Positions 62,672 to 64,000 of a stretch of 64,000 nucleotides of DNA are shown one piece after another. A program made the position numbers and the translations under genes. Under the pieces are notes generated by a model. That model saw only the letters and a program-made list of their open reading frames with translations, had not been told where the DNA came from and did not search any database. How positions within the stretch are numbered: the first letter of the stretch is position 1; every line of letters starts with the position of its first letter. The stretch covers positions 14,080,770 through 14,144,769 of the forward strand of contig CM119271.1 of the NCBI GenBank assembly GCA_051294375.1, read 5' to 3'. Source of the DNA: Paraspadella gotoi. Lineage: Eukaryota; Animalia; Chaetognatha.

Positions 62672-63881
62672 GACGGGGATTTAGTTTCGAGACAAAACAA
62701 TTACTAACGAGAAAGAAATCAACTGGAGAAAGTCATTTCCACTCTATTTATTCAGTATGAAAAATATTTTTTTCTCTTTCCTGAAGATATAAAAATAGAA
62801 GAAAAATCATAAATTCTAAAAATCAGGAATTTACCTCCACATTTTAATTTCCATTTTATAATAAATACCAAGTCTGTAGAAAACTCTACATACAAGAAAT
62901 AATAATCAGAATACGACAATATGCAAATGAGATTGAGGAACTCAATCTCATTTCAGACAATTCACAAATTAATCTGCTACACAATAATAACCGGAATTAA
63001 ACATTTTTGTACATTGGAAGTAAATCGTTTCCTATCGCGCGAGAAATAAAATATACCCGTGCAATACAAGAGCGCGATCGAGATTTGGCAGACTCGCAAA
63101 ACCCGTCGCATTAAAAGTAAAAGGATGCTCTCTTCGCCTTTCAGATTCACCGTTTCACACTTGCAACCGTAATTCTGTTTCTACTTCTGAGATAAATAAC
63201 TCGGTCATGGATCACACGACATGCTGTTCTAACAATGTTGTAAAGTATAAACGACGTTTTACCTAAAATACAAAATTACTAACTGAAATTCGCTTTATTC
63301 TTCAGAACAGCGGTCAAATTCAACTGCAATGGCCCGTTTCACTTTAACTGGTTCACAGGTTTTCTCTGTTCTTTTTCTCAATTTTTTCCTCTATGCTTAA
63401 TAGAACGTTTTTCAGGCGGTATATCAACCATTTAGGTTCTTTAATCACTAATCTAAAGTTTTAAATTAATATTTTTCCCTAATGTTTTACCAAATCCTTA
63501 ACCCAATCCCTAACCTGAATCTTATCTCTTAACTCTAATCCCATACCCTATCTGCTAAACATAAAACCCTCAATTCCAAATCGAATATAATCCTAAACCC
63601 CTAACCTAATCTTTAAAAGTAAAAATCATTCTAAATACAAATGAAGCCCTTTTGTTTTGGAAAAAGAACTAAAATATATTCAAAATAAAATTTTATTTTA
63701 TATGACGAGAAATTAGAATAAGATAAATTAACGATTTAGAAATGAAAAAGTAATTAATAATAAATTCTTTCTTTGATACTGCTTCTGCTGCCAAATAGTT
63801 ACTGCGGCAAAAAAAGTAGCTACTTTTACTTAAAACGAGAAAAAACTAGTACGTATTGGAAGTATAAATTTTAAAGAAATA

Positions 63882-64000
63882 TGTAGCGGGCATAACACAG
63901 GTTCACCCTGCATATTAACATCGTTCCTGAAATTGTGACTCGGTGGCTCATAGAGTAAAGCCATCAGCTCATGATTACTGGTTCAATGCAATCCAATCGA
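63882..64000 (+). mobile_element. Possible start of another tRNA-containing LTR (or SINE), truncated by the window end
   Basis: Begins TGTAGCGG (cf. TGTGGCGG), then GACTCGG-TGGCTCATAGAGTAAAGC (A-box-like) and GGTTCAATGC (B-box-like). Confidence 0.45.

Overview
Gene-dense, intron-rich eukaryotic (animal, probably invertebrate) genomic DNA with CpG-rich exons and AT-rich or microsatellite-rich introns. I assembled 15 spliced protein-coding genes by hand, and all lie on the minus strand, mostly head-to-tail with about 0.3-1.7 kb between a stop codon and the next ATG. They are a secreted acidic Grp7-allergen/TULIP-like protein, an AQP8-like aquaporin, five C2H2 zinc-finger genes, GNPNAT1, PCYT2, an intron-containing pogo (DD35D) transposase gene, a host-exon::hAT transposase fusion, TAX1BP3, PHKG, GAPDH, and a TNF-domain gene nested in a zinc-finger intron. 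Introns carry at least three related families of miniature non-autonomous LTR elements (TRIMs) with 4-bp target-site duplications (TSDs), one non-canonical TA terminus and tRNA-like (Pol III) LTR segments. The two families with full-length copies share an extended tRNA-Trp-complementary primer site. Other notable items are a shared, unrecognised N-terminal domain in three zinc-finger paralogs, recurrent CAG|GCGAG GC-AG introns, a 6-nt microexon in PCYT2, and small inverted-repeat elements with telomere-like repeats. All exon structures and homologies are manual readings against sequences recalled from memory, not database searches.
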